A DNA stretch of 63,898 bases, the filler included, from Bigelowiella natans CCMP2755 (Eukaryota; Protista; Cercozoa): the NCBI GenBank assembly GCA_000320545.1. It is 5 parts of 5 records of this genome, joined end to end, with 100 filler letters (N's around TTAATTAATTAA, not from the genome) between each part and the next. Parts side by side here need not be neighbours in the genome. Positions count along the whole stretch, not along the records: positions 1 to 15,739 come from ADNK01003160.1; positions 15,840 to 28,318 come from ADNK01001828.1; 3 more parts are not named here. One strand, written 5' to 3'. Below, in pieces: positions 13,714-27,394 of the stretch. Every line of letters begins with the position of its first letter. Position 1 is the first letter of the stretch. The notes under the pieces were generated by a model, which saw only the letters and a program-made list of their open reading frames with translations, had not been told where the DNA came from and did not search any database. Position numbers and translations under genes: made by a program.

Positions 13714-15163
13714 CCTCTCCTCCTTCCTGTATAACTATATACATTAAACTCTTATCTCACTCGTTGCATCATTGCAGCACAAAATGAACGAAAGCAGCCT
13801 CCAGCCTACGATGATAGACGACGCCACTCAGCTGTGGCAGACAACCGTTTCGCCTCGCCAGAACGCACTGCGGGGATGGGGGTCGTTGGCAGTAGGAAGT
13901 ACACGGAGTCCCCTTCGCGAAGGGTGTCGACAAATGCGCAGCATTACAACCAGCGTGGGAACAATTTCATGTCGCCGGAGCGGGTCAATTCAGCCAACAC
14001 GTCGGCAAAAAAGGTGTCACGCTGCTTTTTATTGAGAAACACGGGCTGATGCTAATCCGTTATGTTTGATCCTTTTGCTGCTACTGCTTCCTCCTTGTTG
14101 TGGCTGGCGCCCTCCGTATGTCCTATCACACCACAAAGGCTAAAAGCGGCGTCAAATCTTCACCGGTAACAATGGAGGAGGGGAAGGAAGGGAGCGGGAT
14201 GGTATATCTTTGGTTGAGAAGAAAGTATGATGTGCATGCAGCGAGAAATCGGTTGCTTTCATGTTTCTGTATTGATAAGTTGCAGCAAAACAAAAAGGGC
14301 TGGGGGATGTGTACTTTACGATGGGATACTATGTTTGGATATTTTATATGCATGAACATACAGCAATTACATGTAAGCATTTGTGTGTGTGTGTGTTTGC
14401 GCGCGCGGCGCGTGGTTGTTGTTGTGTGAGATAAACATTGCTAATGAAACAACACCGCGCAGACTGTCATCAAGCCCTTCGTTCTGGCCACAGAGAAGCG
14501 AGGAAGAATCCATAAGAAGGTACCCCACATCAATTTATGCTTGTGTGCGCGCGTGTATATGACTTGTGGTTCGTTCATCACGCCATGTCACCATCATCGG
14601 TCGGATCCTCAAAGAACTTCGAGGAGAAACGCCAGGAGATCATGCGGCAGCTCGACGAGCTCCCCAACAGCTTCGTCGCTCAGGAAATCATGCCCAAAGT
14701 GCATAAGGTAGCAGACGTCAAACAAAGCGTGAGATGGGTGGTGTGTAAAAGAGGAGGAGTAGAGGGGGGGGGGGGGGGGGGGTGATTATGACAGGAAGAA
14801 TCACAATTTTTGGTCGCCAATCCCTTCAAACATGTTGACTCGGCTGTGGTGTATGTAATGCATGCAAAAATCTGCGAAACAAAAAACGGGCTGACGAATG
14901 GCGTAACACAGATGCTGGAGAAGGCCAAGGAGGAGCGCACGGGGAAGATGACCGACGAGCAGTTTGAGGAGGAACTCCGCCAGCGGATCTCCAACTATAA
15001 TATAGCCGCGGCCCAGGAACTGGACTTCGATGGGGATGTGGAGCAACACCTTCCAGAGGAACTCATGTTTCTTTCCGATTTCGGTGATAGTAGTTAGTCG
15101 TCGTGGTAGTCGTAGTAGCAGCAGCAGGAAGTTACACACGCGCACGCTCGCACAGCTCAATAC

Positions 15164-15199
<36 letters not shown>

Positions 15200-15202
15200 G
15201 TA

Positions 15203-15238
<36 letters not shown>

Positions 15239-15482
15239 ATTCGTGTGCGTAATCTCCTCCTCCTCCTCCTCCTCCTCCTCCTCCTCCTCCTCCTCTGCTA
15301 CTACTTAGGAAACCATTTTCGCAGTTTCTTCTTGCGTCTAGGCGCAGCTAATGGTACTACTCTACTATTGTTACTATAAATATTACTATATTTATTACTA
15401 TTACTGATAACACTATCATCCTTACCCAGGGTTCCCAAAGATGGAAACGATCATCATCCAATTTCTCAACCCCCCCTCCCCC

Positions 15483-15522
<40 letters not shown>

Positions 15523-15540
15523 ACTCTCGTTTACTATTTG

Positions 15541-15578
<38 letters not shown>

Positions 15579-15680
15579 GATTTCCCAGCGCTCATATCGT
15601 TTTAATGTACTATAATCCGCAGAGATAGCAGGAAACCCCAGCATATTCCACGCACTAATGAACGATAGTAGAAGCGCAGG
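13109..15680 (+). CDS. Multi-exon low-complexity protein with a TPX2-like motif (3' end probably lost at the gap)
   Basis: Basic S/P-rich exons at 13109-14015. The exon at about 14463-14519, TVIKPFVLATEKRGRIHKK, followed by FEEKRQEIM...FVAQEIMP, resembles TPX2-family PF.L.TE.R / F.A.P repeats. Confidence 0.4.
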
Positions 15681-15739
15681 TGAGTAGATTTCCACTCTCC
15701 CTCCCTCCCTCTTCCCAGGTTAGGGGGGGGGGGGGGGGG

Positions 15740-15839
15740 NNNNNNNNNNNNNNNNNNNNNNNNNNNNNNNNNNNNNNNNNNNNTTAATTAATTAANNNNN
15801 NNNNNNNNNNNNNNNNNNNNNNNNNNNNNNNNNNNNNNN
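15740..15839. other. Artificial assembly spacer (N44-TTAATTAATTAA-N44)
   Basis: Exactly 100 bp with a six-frame-stop 12-mer in the centre; identical at four places in the window. Confidence 0.97.
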
Positions 15840-15953
15840 CAAAAAAAACACATATATATGTATAAGTGCACTTTTTCCCCCCTTGGCGCGCGCTCGCGCC
15901 CCCCCTCCTCTGTGGTGTGTGGTAGTACTAGTTCACACACCCCTCCGCGCGCG

Positions 15954-15984
<31 letters not shown>

Positions 15985-16115
15985 ACACACACACATACAG
16001 AAAGAGAGAGAGGGAGAGAGAGAGAGAGGAGAGAGAAAAGGAGAGAGGTATGAGTATGTGTGATGTGGTTGTGCATTTGTGTCTGTGGTTAGAATTGGTG
16101 ATATCGAACGGAAAG

Positions 16116-16786
16116 ATGGATGTGTGCGCGCGAAAAACTGGCTCTTACAAGACGAGGAGCGAACACGCGACTACAAGGTAAAATTGGACAATTCTACAAA
16201 ATAGATGTCTTTTTTTGAACATGTACTCTCAGCGGTGCTACGCACACACAAAAACGCACAAAGAGGGAGAGAGAGAGAGAGAAAGAGACAGATTGAATAT
16301 GTATGGCATTTTTCATTAATCTATGCATCGGTGACAGCGTAATCACCTGGAATATGCTGCCGATCGATGGCACTCGATGTCAAAGAAGGAAGCTGAGGAA
16401 ACCGAAAATATGCCCCCCGGTCACGGAATATCGATATTGTTTGTAGATAATATTATAAATCCGAAGGAGAGCTGTCAAGTATGATGTTAGTAACACCTGT
16501 ATTCTCTGATTTTGCAAATTGGACAACTTCTATCTATGCAGCGATACTCAGACGGATAAAATGGAGTGGAATCGGGGGCTCAGCATGGTGGGATAATTGT
16601 AAGGTAGGTACATGTTTTACTCATGTTGTAAACAAGCGCATTTTTAGGGGTGGAAATGTAACATGCTCTGTATATACTTCAGTGTTTGCACCAGATTTAC
16701 GCACACCATCTGGTTCGCAAAAACAACATAATTGGGCGTTGGATTGACGACAATTTTGACGTTTGTGCTTGTGCGAAGAAGGATTA
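16116..16786 (+). CDS. 3' exons of an unidentified spliced gene (partial)
   Basis: A series of short AG/GT-bounded open segments, e.g. AILRRIKWSGIGGSAWWDNCK. No recognised domain. Confidence 0.3.
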
Positions 16787-17129
16787 ACATATTTGGTCCC
16801 AAGCCAGTATTTTGCCTGTATTGTGCGATGTCAGAAAACAGAAGATCAACTTGATATGCGTTGTTGTTAATGTTCCCTCGCTTGATGCTGAACTCAGGCT
16901 ACATAGCCTATGTGCTGTAACAGCGCATGATTATGCTGCGATTCATCGATTCTGCGCACGTACACCGCAGATGAAGTGCGCGCATTGCAGCGAAAGCACA
17001 TTTAAGTACAGCGCTTGCAATGCTGGCCAAGCTAGCAAGCACAGCTAGAAAGTAATGCATTGAATTGTTGAAGATTCAGACTCATAGCTCATCAAAATTT
17101 AGATTCCACAGATGAATACTTGCACTCAA

Positions 17130-20100
17130 CTAGCCGTTCTCTTCTACAATCTTCAGAAAATCTTTCATCTTAGAGGCATCTTTAACTACCTATTGCTCAA
17201 AAATGTAAATGGTTCCATTTACAATGTGGAAATATCAAACCGTTACCTCCAAGAAACCGCTGATGATAGCTTTGTTTCTTTCCTTGGGCAAATGGTGCAG
17301 AGTTGATACATTGTTTAATGGTGGTATAGGGATCCCTTCCGTGCAATTTTTCATTATTCCTGAAGCTCGAGAAACAACCTGTGTGTAGTTGGACAGGATT
17401 TGGCAAAAGTTGTTGAAAGATTATGAGCTCTCTAATTTGGTATGTACTTGCTTTGGCAAGCCTAGTTGAGTTGCGCAATAAATTCCTTGGGAATGTAAGC
17501 AAACACCAGGAACAAGCTTGTATAGAAAGATTATTTCCTTTTGACCATGCTTAGCCTGAATACCGTTAAACTGTATTCATTTTGAATTTCCTTTGCTCAG
17601 TCTGTTCTCTCTCAAGAATAAGATTAGATGACCTCATTTCTTTCGTGAAGAACATTCATCTGATGAAATTTTACGACATCGGACTCCGTGATGATGTCGT
17701 TCACAAAGATTTCATGGAAATGAGTTGTGATTATCGATCGCTGTATATAAGAATAAATGATAGTTCAATCTCTCCAATGATACATTTATGTGCACAGGTT
17801 TTAGTACCGGACAATTACTGCTCAACTTGTCGAGATTTGAAATCATTGAACCAAGAAGTGAGCATCCGTCTATAGAATGAGTGCCCTTACCAAATTCGTC
17901 GATAAGCAGTAGCGACCTAGTACACAGTGTGTGAACATCTTTACATCAGAGTTTTCAATGAAACACGGGATTGAGTTCTACCTTTCTGTGCATTTGTTCA
18001 ACATATGACTTGCCTCACTTGCATCTCGTGTGAATGTGGAAAGATTCGACATCGAAGAACTAATGGGAAAGTAATTAAATTATGAATTATCCATTCATGG
18101 GGTCAATCTACCTGGATGTGTCAATTCGAGTGAAAATTTTGTCGACAATGCCAATTGTTGCGCTGTTGGCTGGGAGGAAATGGTATACATGATTTGTGGA
18201 TATATGTTTCAAGATTCAGAATCAGAAATCGAAATATATACCTGGAACAAATGATCCAACATGGGCAAGGTACGTAATAATGCCTACCGTTTTTAGGTAC
18301 ACACTTTTCCCAGATGCGTTCGGACCAGTAATTACATGTACAACCCCGTTCTTCATGTCCATGTGAGTATCATTTGGAATGTAATCCTAATGAACTAATG
18401 TCAGAGGTTTTGCCAAAACACGAACAGAATATTATTTAGAGCTCTTATCATTCCACCTCGCAACAAAGCTCCTGTAATGGGTGCCTTCCGTCTTTTATTA
18501 TTATCTTCGATTCGCTAACCAGGCTTGGAGCTGCGAATGAATTATTTATAGCAGTTGTCGCCAAAGAGAGTAGAGCGTCCAACTTATACAACCCTTTTCC
18601 AATTTTACGGAGGGGCTTTCCCAAGATTAGAATTTTTTCGGTGAGATTTCTAACCATTGAAGCTTCTAAGTCAGCGACTATTCCCTGGATATCTCCAAAT
18701 TCCTCATCGAGTTCATGAGTTCTTTCATTTTTATAGTAAACATATTCATCCGCACGAAAACGAAAAGATAGATTCCCCAAGACTCCAGACTGAAGACTAG
18801 GTGTTGTGTTGTTGTCGTAGGGTACTTCCAAGTGGTATCCAAGCTGCGGAAAGTATATGTACTTTATTTGCAGTATGCATGAGGGAATTGCATTGCTCTC
18901 CAGATCCCTGCAAAATACATAAGCATTTTAGGAATCCACCAATCTAATTTGCAACGATTTGCACTGACTTTGCTGCAATGTCACCTAGAAAGTCATCTAG
19001 GCCTTCAAGTTGGGCTTTCTGGTGGAGGTGATATAGTTACCCGTGATTGTCCTCAACATAAATTTACAACAGATATTGAATACCATCAAATCCAGCTCTT
19101 CATCACATCCTGTCATTATTGAGATTCTGTTTGATATTTTCGACTCTTCAAAATCGATCATGGAACCTTTGAAATGCAAATAATCATGGCATCAAAGGGA
19201 TATGTTTAAGATCAAGAGTACCGATTGCATTTGCAAGTATTGCAACGTCTTCAGTCATATGCGAAAGGATATTTTGGAATGCTGGTACCGACGGAAATTC
19301 TCCAATTATTTTTGTAATCGAATTAATACTTCGTAACGTATTGTAAAGGCTGGACCAATCTGTTAAATTGGCTCTGACTGTGTACAAACGAGATAGAATA
19401 CGGTCAATATCTTTAATGTGCCGTAAATGCTTTTGTAGATCTTTCACCAGCACATCATAACGGGGGTCAACGAACATTTTTACGTGGGCAAGCCTATCTT
19501 TAATTATATCGATGCAATTTGTGGGATAACGAAGCCATGTTTTTAGAACATCTTTGCCTCTCTTTGTCATACTGTTGTTAACCAATCCGAATATACTTAA
19601 ACCCTCCTTTCGTCGAGCAGTTCCGGAGTAGGGGTGATGATCAGGCACAAAGATGGAAAGAGCCTAAGTATTGATTAAGAACATTTCTAGCAAATAACAG
19701 CACGGAGATCAAATGTTCGAACGTTCGACAAAAAATATGCTAAATTTGTTCAAACCTTTAATGTGACATAGTCAATAGATACAACATCATCTGGAATAGC
19801 CATGATAGACTTTAAAACCAGCGTGTTCTCTTTATCAAGCTCGGTCATGACGTGATTTTTAATGAAATACGATAGCAAAGCACCACATGCCTGGATGGCA
19901 TGTGTATTGTCCAGGTCGAAAGCTGATCTGGTAAGAAAAAGCAGTATCCATGCAGTTAGTTCAAGGCACCATCGTTATTGCACATTTGACATTTGACCGT
20001 AGATGTATTTCTCTTTCACTTTGTCCAGAGAGTTTAGAACAAGGAACCATATCCTACAGAGTGAGATTTCAACTCGACAGTCAAATTTGAAAATTTTCGA

Positions 20101-20846
20101 AGCTGTGCAACATTTTTAGTTACCAATATTTCAATAGAGGTAAGTATCTTCAGGCCTAATGCAACACCATATCAGCATGTACAACAAAGATAATTTCTTC
20201 TAAGCATCACCGCTGCGGTAGGAAAAATCGTTGCTTCCAGAAACAATCACATTAAATGGCAGATCAATGCAAGTCTTGTTTTCAGAGAGCATCGCCTTCC
20301 TTTCGATGGAGTTTGTGATAAAGGACACCAACTCAAACTGAGACTTTATAATGTCGATCTGACCTATTTTATCAATTTCATAACTTTCCATGAAAAGAAT
20401 TTCATTTTGAATATATGCTATTCCAAGTTTTTGACTTTGGAAGTACACTGAAACATATACACGATCAAGTTCATCTTCCAATTCGTCTTCCTCGTCGAAC
20501 TGAATGTCATTGTTTTTGAAGTCTTTTGCAACTGTCACACTCATTCCATCGTTCAACTTCTGAAATTTCAGCAAACAAAAAGGCAAAAAGGCAGAATTTA
20601 CCTTCATGACTTTTGAGGTATGCATTATTCAGTTTCTACTTGTCTAGCTGGCTGTTTGTTTGATGTGCCAGATGAAGAGCTAATCTTTGAACGGTAGCCA
20701 TCGCGGCTCGCTGACGACTTCACATCTAAAGATGAGTTTAGGACAAAAGGAGAAGAAGGGACTGGCGATTTGGGCGTCGAAGATAGCTGTGGTGAAGACT
20801 TAGAAGGGAGAGAGGATTGAGAATCGATGTTTTGAAACTCCATCAT
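17130..20846 (-). CDS. MSH5: MutS homolog 5 (meiotic crossover MutS-gamma subunit), many short introns
   Basis: [29 protein letters not shown] and [12 protein letters not shown] are present. The Walker A exon at about 18243-18388 reads DYIPNDT...[31 protein letters not shown], an MSH5-type variant. Also [11 protein letters not shown] and Walker B LLLIDEFG. The last exon ends ...IVEENG* at 17130. Confidence 0.9.
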
Positions 20847-21937
20847 TTCCAATTGTTGTTACGTTAAACTGCTTTGTGTCCAGATTGTAGCTATGTTGCG
20901 CACTTTAAGCCTTGTCGCAGAACCGATATGAGCTTGATTAGGTCGGAGAACATCCAGGACACATGTGTCTATTTTCCAATTTTGCTCTGCAATCTCACAG
21001 CACATTCCTTGCATGCGACAAAATGAGGTTCCTCTCGTAGTCAAGAAGCACCTCGGACAGCAATCCATTTGCCTCATCAATCCTTGGTGACCTTCATTCG
21101 CACACGGCTCCTTCTTTTTCTTCTTGTCTTGGTTGACAAGTTGCACAGCATGGCATCGGAGTTCATTCATTCAATGCCCCGACAGCATGCATTTCATCTT
21201 GTTCGACAAACTGGCTCTCTGTTCAGTGTCGTGTTGCATGCACGCTTGACAGACACGCAGAGGTGCAGGGGGAAACAAGAGTGAGAGGAAGAAGTGCACA
21301 GCACGCACAAGTGCGTTGAAATTTTGAAAGACCTGCAATTGTGGTGGTGACGCAATTTCAACATTGAAAAGGGATGAACATGTCTTCCCCCCTGTCCAGC
21401 TGTGTCCTCAAGCACAAAGACAAAACGGGTCGTTGCGCGATGATCCTTCCAAGGTGTGTGATTTGGTGATGTGAACTGCTGACATTCATGTGTGCATTTT
21501 TTCCACGTTGTTCGTCGAAAAATTTGCACAAATCATGGTCCACTCTGTTTGCCACTGAATGCTAGAATGGCTAGATCAATGGATGGGCTGACAAAGCAAT
21601 GAACGCACACTAGCTAGCTAGCAGCAGAGATGCTTGTCACGAGAGAGAAAGACTTGTCATCGCAAAGTGAAAAACGTCATGAGAGTAGCTACCAGTTGAG
21701 TTGAGGTCAACAGTTGGCACTTCGACGCGTGCATGCTCATAACGCGGGTGTGGCATTCATTATGACATGCACTTGAACATTGTCTGACTCCCATCATGCG
21801 CATGCTTCGCACACTGTGTACTCACACTGTCAAGTGTGACCTATCAGCGAATTTGATGGTCAACGTAGGGTGATGAGATAGCATGTGCGTGCCACTTGAT
21901 GAATATGATTATGTTGAAACGATTCTATGTCCCAGTC

Positions 21938-23031
21938 TCAAATCACAAGTGTGTTGCACATAGACGCAGAAACTTTTGGCAATTTAAATGTGATTTCTCC
22001 TTTGCAATCTACGAGTACTTCACTGGCGCAAAATTTCTCGTCCAGCCACCTATAGTCGTTTGCCAGTGGAATATCAACTTCTATGGTATTTCATTCCCCA
22101 AGCTCTTATGTACATCTTTCTTGCATATTCGTATTAGACTTTTTTGCTGGAAGTATCTCTAGAAATTACTTGCTGAAGGGCATCGACCAAACTAGCATCG
22201 AGCAGATATGATCCTAATTTGAGTTTTCCGGAATCACCGCTGATAACGATACTTTTCAACAAGAAAATTTATCTCCAGGCTTGGATTTACTAAAACTGTA
22301 TGAGATCCTCGACTTCTGCATTTAATATTCGGTACACCACAACGTATTCCGATTCTCCCTACAGTGTACGTACTTACGAAGACCTGATTTCACAAGGGAT
22401 ATTAAAAAAAGAATCACACATTCTTCGTTATAAATCATTTCGACGGCAGGATTTCATTTTTGCTACTCAGTGCTCTTTCTTCCTGCTACATTAACATAAT
22501 CAGCGGTATCCAGCACTAACACCTACCCACTGCTAGCTCGTCCGAATTGAACATAGGGTTGAACCACGGAGATCTATGAGAATGACAAATATATTAAAAC
22601 GTGAGGATTCACACTACACTATTGCGAAACATATGGACAAACCGATAATGTAGAACTTGCCAAGAACTTTTATCCACGAGGTGGTCATCGCGCTCTAAGA
22701 CCTCCACAAGAGTCTTCAGTTGCTTCTCTAGATTCTCCTGGACAGAAGGGAGTAGGATCAGTGTTCTTGCCCCATGTTTGAGGACACCAGCTTTTAACAC
22801 TTTCAAACACAAATGCAAAATTTTGCCTTTGCTGACGACCTTCTGTACAATGTTCTGGATCGCACAAACGTGTTCTGGAATCTCTACTAATCGGAGATTT
22901 GGATCGAGGGGAGATGGGGCGTCACTCAGCCCAAAGTCTGGTGGTAGGATCAGCTGGTTGATTGAGCATTTAATCAAATTAGTACTTGATTTAGCCGCCT
23001 ACTGATCTCTCTCTCTCGCGCACATAGAGAG

Positions 23032-23071
<40 letters not shown>

Positions 23072-24075
23072 AGAGAGAGAAAGGGAGGGGGAGAGAGAGA
23101 GAAAATGCGGTATTTTCTCCCTTCAACCTGAATCCTTGAGTTTCCAAGGCCAACAACAGCGGCGCCAGGCATTAGTAACGGGGCAGTGATCGGTACGTTC
23201 ATCTTTTCCTGAGCATTAAATTGAATAACTGGCTAACTCATTTATATTAGATGGGGGAGGGGGGTGATGGCAGAAAGTCCAGTAGATTCGTTCTCCGAAA
23301 ACCTTAGGGATTAATGGGTTACAAAACTAACACAAATATGCTGAAACCGTGTTTTGCGGCTCCTTTGTCTTTCCATTGGGTCCTTTTCCTGCCCCCACGT
23401 AGTCTGCCAACAATCCGATCTGATCACTACAGTGAAAGACCAAAAGTTAAGATTTTTTTCACTGCCACTGCTGCACCCTTTTCCCAGCCGACAATTGGAG
23501 AGGCGCAAATTGAAATGTTGTTTGTTATGTTGATTCCACGCAATACAATTCCTAACTTAAATTTACTTCACCGGATGGAGAGTTTGCTGTTCTCTTTCAC
23601 CTGAATCGCGATCGATTTTGGATACAGACGAACCTGAGAGGGAAACAAAAGGGAGGGAGGTAACGATCATAAGTTATAAAGGTAAACGAGTGCGCGTGTG
23701 TGCGCGTTTGTGTTTGTGTTTTGTAAGTCGCGTGTATGTGTTCCACAGTTTCTCCCTGCCAAATCCTAATTAGCTTAAATTATCTCTCTTTCTCTAGCAA
23801 TGCCCTCTCATTACATTTATTTTCCTTCTGATTTTGTTAACCTTATAGGATGGACGTCTCTCGAGGGTCTTGTACTGCGGATATTCCACCACCACATCCT
23901 TGAAAGCCTCATCGGCAAGTGAGACAATATTATCCTTCGCTGCCATTGCAGAGCATGCGAATGGCGAGGAGGAAGAAGAAAACCGAGACTCCAACACTGG
24001 TGACAATGGGACCTTCAACGAAGAAGAAATCGGGCTTCTCACAACCCTGCGGTGTCCCCTAAGAAACATACGCAC
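21938..24075 (-). CDS. Multi-exon hypothetical protein, possible mitochondrial presequence
   Basis: N-terminus MRMFLRGHRRVVRSPISSS is R/S-rich. Exon-like ORFs lie at 23794-24075, 23100-23210 and 22685-23000. A likely last exon reads IEVDIPLANDYRWLDEKF...NTLVI*. No family recognised. Confidence 0.4.
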
Positions 24076-24269
24076 AACAGCTTAAAACAAGCGGGGAACA
24101 TATACGAAGGGGCTTTCAGTGTGCCGTACAACTTCCTTGTCACATGACATATAGGAAGATTTTTTTTTTTGCACTTTTAAATGGCCGAATATTACAGGGT
24201 AAAGAATAACGAAGAGTGTCCGTCTCTCATAGCTGTTGGTGAAGAGATCGACGTTCTGAGTAGTAAGGA

Positions 24270-24308
<39 letters not shown>

Positions 24309-25119
24309 ACTATCGCTTGAGAGGCGGGGAAAGTCGGAAATGGAGAAGCGATGCATACAGAAAATTTATTTGCAGCCTTTTCACAAGTTGGAGAGCTCTA
24401 CAAGGCGACGAAATTGGATTTTAAACGATAAATTTGGTTTGATCTGACCGCGACTATTACCAAGAGCCAGATTATTATTTCATGGATTTCGTTCGCATCT
24501 CTTCTTTTTAATATCATTGCATTCTACCTAGGAGAGTGCAGATGCAAACTTTTGGACGCTGGCGTTGACAACTTAGAGACGACAGCGACAGAAAACGCGA
24601 AGAACATCGCGAAAAGAAGAACTAAGGATCCCCGCGCGCTAGCTGAAGGGTGCATGTCGTGTAAACCCATGCTCCTCGTTGATTAATTTGGCCCGACGAT
24701 TCTTTCTATATGTTCTAGAGGGGGGGGGATTCCGATTCAGCCAGCGGCAGCAGCAGCCAGCAGCTGAATGATGATGTTGTAAATCCGGCGGTAAAGGAGG
24801 ACAAGAGCGAGGGTATCTGTCATCATCACAGTGGCAACATTGGTCACATTATTCTCTCGAAACCCATAGGTATTTTATCCCGCGACAATGGTGTTATATT
24901 GTCGTAGGGGGAAATATCTTGATTTACCAGATACTTTTAGTAGATCTAGTCGTTTCTTTTTCTTTTCTTTCTTTCTTTCTTCTCTCTCTGTCTCCTTCCT
25001 TTTTTCTTTTTTCCAGGAGCACTAGGCGTGGAGCATACCGTACCACCGTGGATTTCTTGTTGCCATCGCCGTTTTGATAGTTGTCGCAGAATCGTAATCG
25101 CATGCAAATGAAGGCAAAC

Positions 25120-25160
<41 letters not shown>

Positions 25161-25296
25161 ACGAACGATGGCCGCCCGCCTCGGCCTATGTGTTGCTGGT
25201 AACGACTCGCGCCGCACCTTGCCATGATGGGAGCGTCAACTTCTGTGCACGTATGCGTGCGCATGCTGTCTATTTGGTGCATGGACAAAGATAGGA

Positions 25297-25340
<44 letters not shown>

Positions 25341-25552
25341 GCGTGTGTGTATAGGGCGACGAAGTGATATCGGTGTGTACAAGATCCGCATGCGCTACGT
25401 AATTCAAATTTCCCCCTTAGCTGTTGCACTGGGCGATGCTGTACGATTATTGTAGTTCCAATCCTGGCGGTCATAATAGGTAAAGAGCCGCTAACGTGAG
25501 GGTGTCAGTAGCTTTTGACGAGCACAATTACCATCTCCATCTCTCTCTCTCC

Positions 25553-25605
<53 letters not shown>

Positions 25606-25629
25606 ACCCTCCTTCTCCTCCTCTATCCC

Positions 25630-26740
25630 TGGAAGGCTCGCTCTATACTCCAGGTCCTCCATACCCCTCAAAGGGGGCTATCAGTCTTAAGGAGGTCCCG
25701 AGAATACGCGCAGGGGATATGATCTCACTGGAGGCGATTTTCGAACACGGAGGGCCTGTTGGTACGGCAACGAAGAACAAACAACATGGGCGATAGCACC
25801 AGGATGGTGGATGCTGTAGACCCTTCTCCGTTATCACTGCGTTGTATTCGCGTATAGCTATGCTAGGTGGTTGGGGGTATCGTCCTTTTCCATTGTGTGC
25901 TGATATGATGACATGAATTGTTTGCTGCTGCTATTACCTGTTGCAGTTATTTACGATGAAAACTACGAGGCCAACTGGAATATAACCAAGGTTGTCGTCT
26001 AGCCTACTCCTGGCCTCCTATAAATCACACGCATACACACCCACCCACACACACACATAGAGGGGGGGAGAGCCATGGATCGTGGAAGGGACTAAAAAAT
26101 ACGCATGCGAACCACACATAAATAAATACATCAACATCCAATATCAATAAAATAAAATTTGTGTTTGTGAAATGAATTGCAAGGTCATGTCTGTGTGCAT
26201 TATTCGTCTGGATTACTGTGATACCCCACGTGACTGTGCACTACACTTCCTACCAACCAGATGAAAGAGCTGTGCGGCCATAGAAATGTTTCTCTCATTT
26301 CAAACGCGACTTACACTACGCTCATGGCTCTGGTAAATGCCTCCTAGTCACCTTGCTCGTCAGTCTCTCTCTTTCTTAGAAAACCCCAATTACATGGAGA
26401 TGTCGATTGTTTCTCGATTCTGACACTGCTACTGCTGCTGCTACACACATTAGCCGGAGGAGATTGTGAGCATCACGGAGTGGTTCTTATTGCTCCTGGG
26501 ATCTTCCTCACGCCTGAACGAAGAGCTATCACGTAGAGTGGTGAGTAAGCGTTTGTTAGGTCTTAGTGGTGGTGGTGCGAGGGGCACTTTCACGCGTCTC
26601 ATCCATCATTGACATCGTCGTCTTTATCTTCTTCTTGCTGGCAGCGATACCCCTTGTCGCAGTATATTGACGACGTGGAGCTTCAGAAGGCGGTCAGCAG
26701 CAAGAATTGGAAAGGGGGAGAGCACGGAAAATAGCCCATT

Positions 26741-26792
<52 letters not shown>

Positions 26793-27361
26793 GGGGGGGG
26801 GGAGGAGAATAAAATGAACATAGCAGCACCAATGACTTAAAAGATACATAATATGTGGTGTAAATGAATGCTTCGAACCCCTCCCTGCGCCACTGCTGCT
26901 ACCGCAGGAGATCTGTTGCATCTTCCCTCCGGTTGAGCTACTATGTGATAATATTATAAATAACCCACACGGGGAGGGAGCTGCTGCCCAACACGACTAA
27001 GGATGATTTACCCTTGTACGCAGGAGAGACAACAGCAACGTGGCTTCCAGCTACCGTACATATTCCGCTTCGCCCCGACGGAGATAAGGTGTGTTAATCT
27101 ATTTCTCGCTCTGCCAATGACCTTTCCCCCCTGCTTCGTTTTCTTCGATCTGTCTTTGCAGCCGACACACGCATGAGATAGAAAGAGAGGTGGGGGGGGG
27201 GGGGGGCTGGGAGAGGCCCTCGCAAGCACACGCACACACGTACACACACACACACACACACAATAACAGCAACAGCAACAGCAACAATAATAACAATAAC
27301 TCCATCATTCAGATTCCTTTCCTTATTAGTAGCATTATCCATTCATCAACAAACAGGCCCC

Positions 27362-27394
<33 letters not shown>

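Noticed and set aside
15740-15839. Recurrent TTAATTAATTAA palindrome flanked by Ns (also 28319-28418, 48500-48599 and 62753-62852)
   Set aside because: A fixed 100-bp six-frame-stop assembly linker, not biology. Adjacency across it is unverified.
21041-21562. Classical RIP or CpG-methylation decay as the cause of the TG/CA excess
   Set aside because: RIP would raise TpA and lower CpA, the opposite of what is seen. CpG remains common, and CpG decay does not remove TpA.
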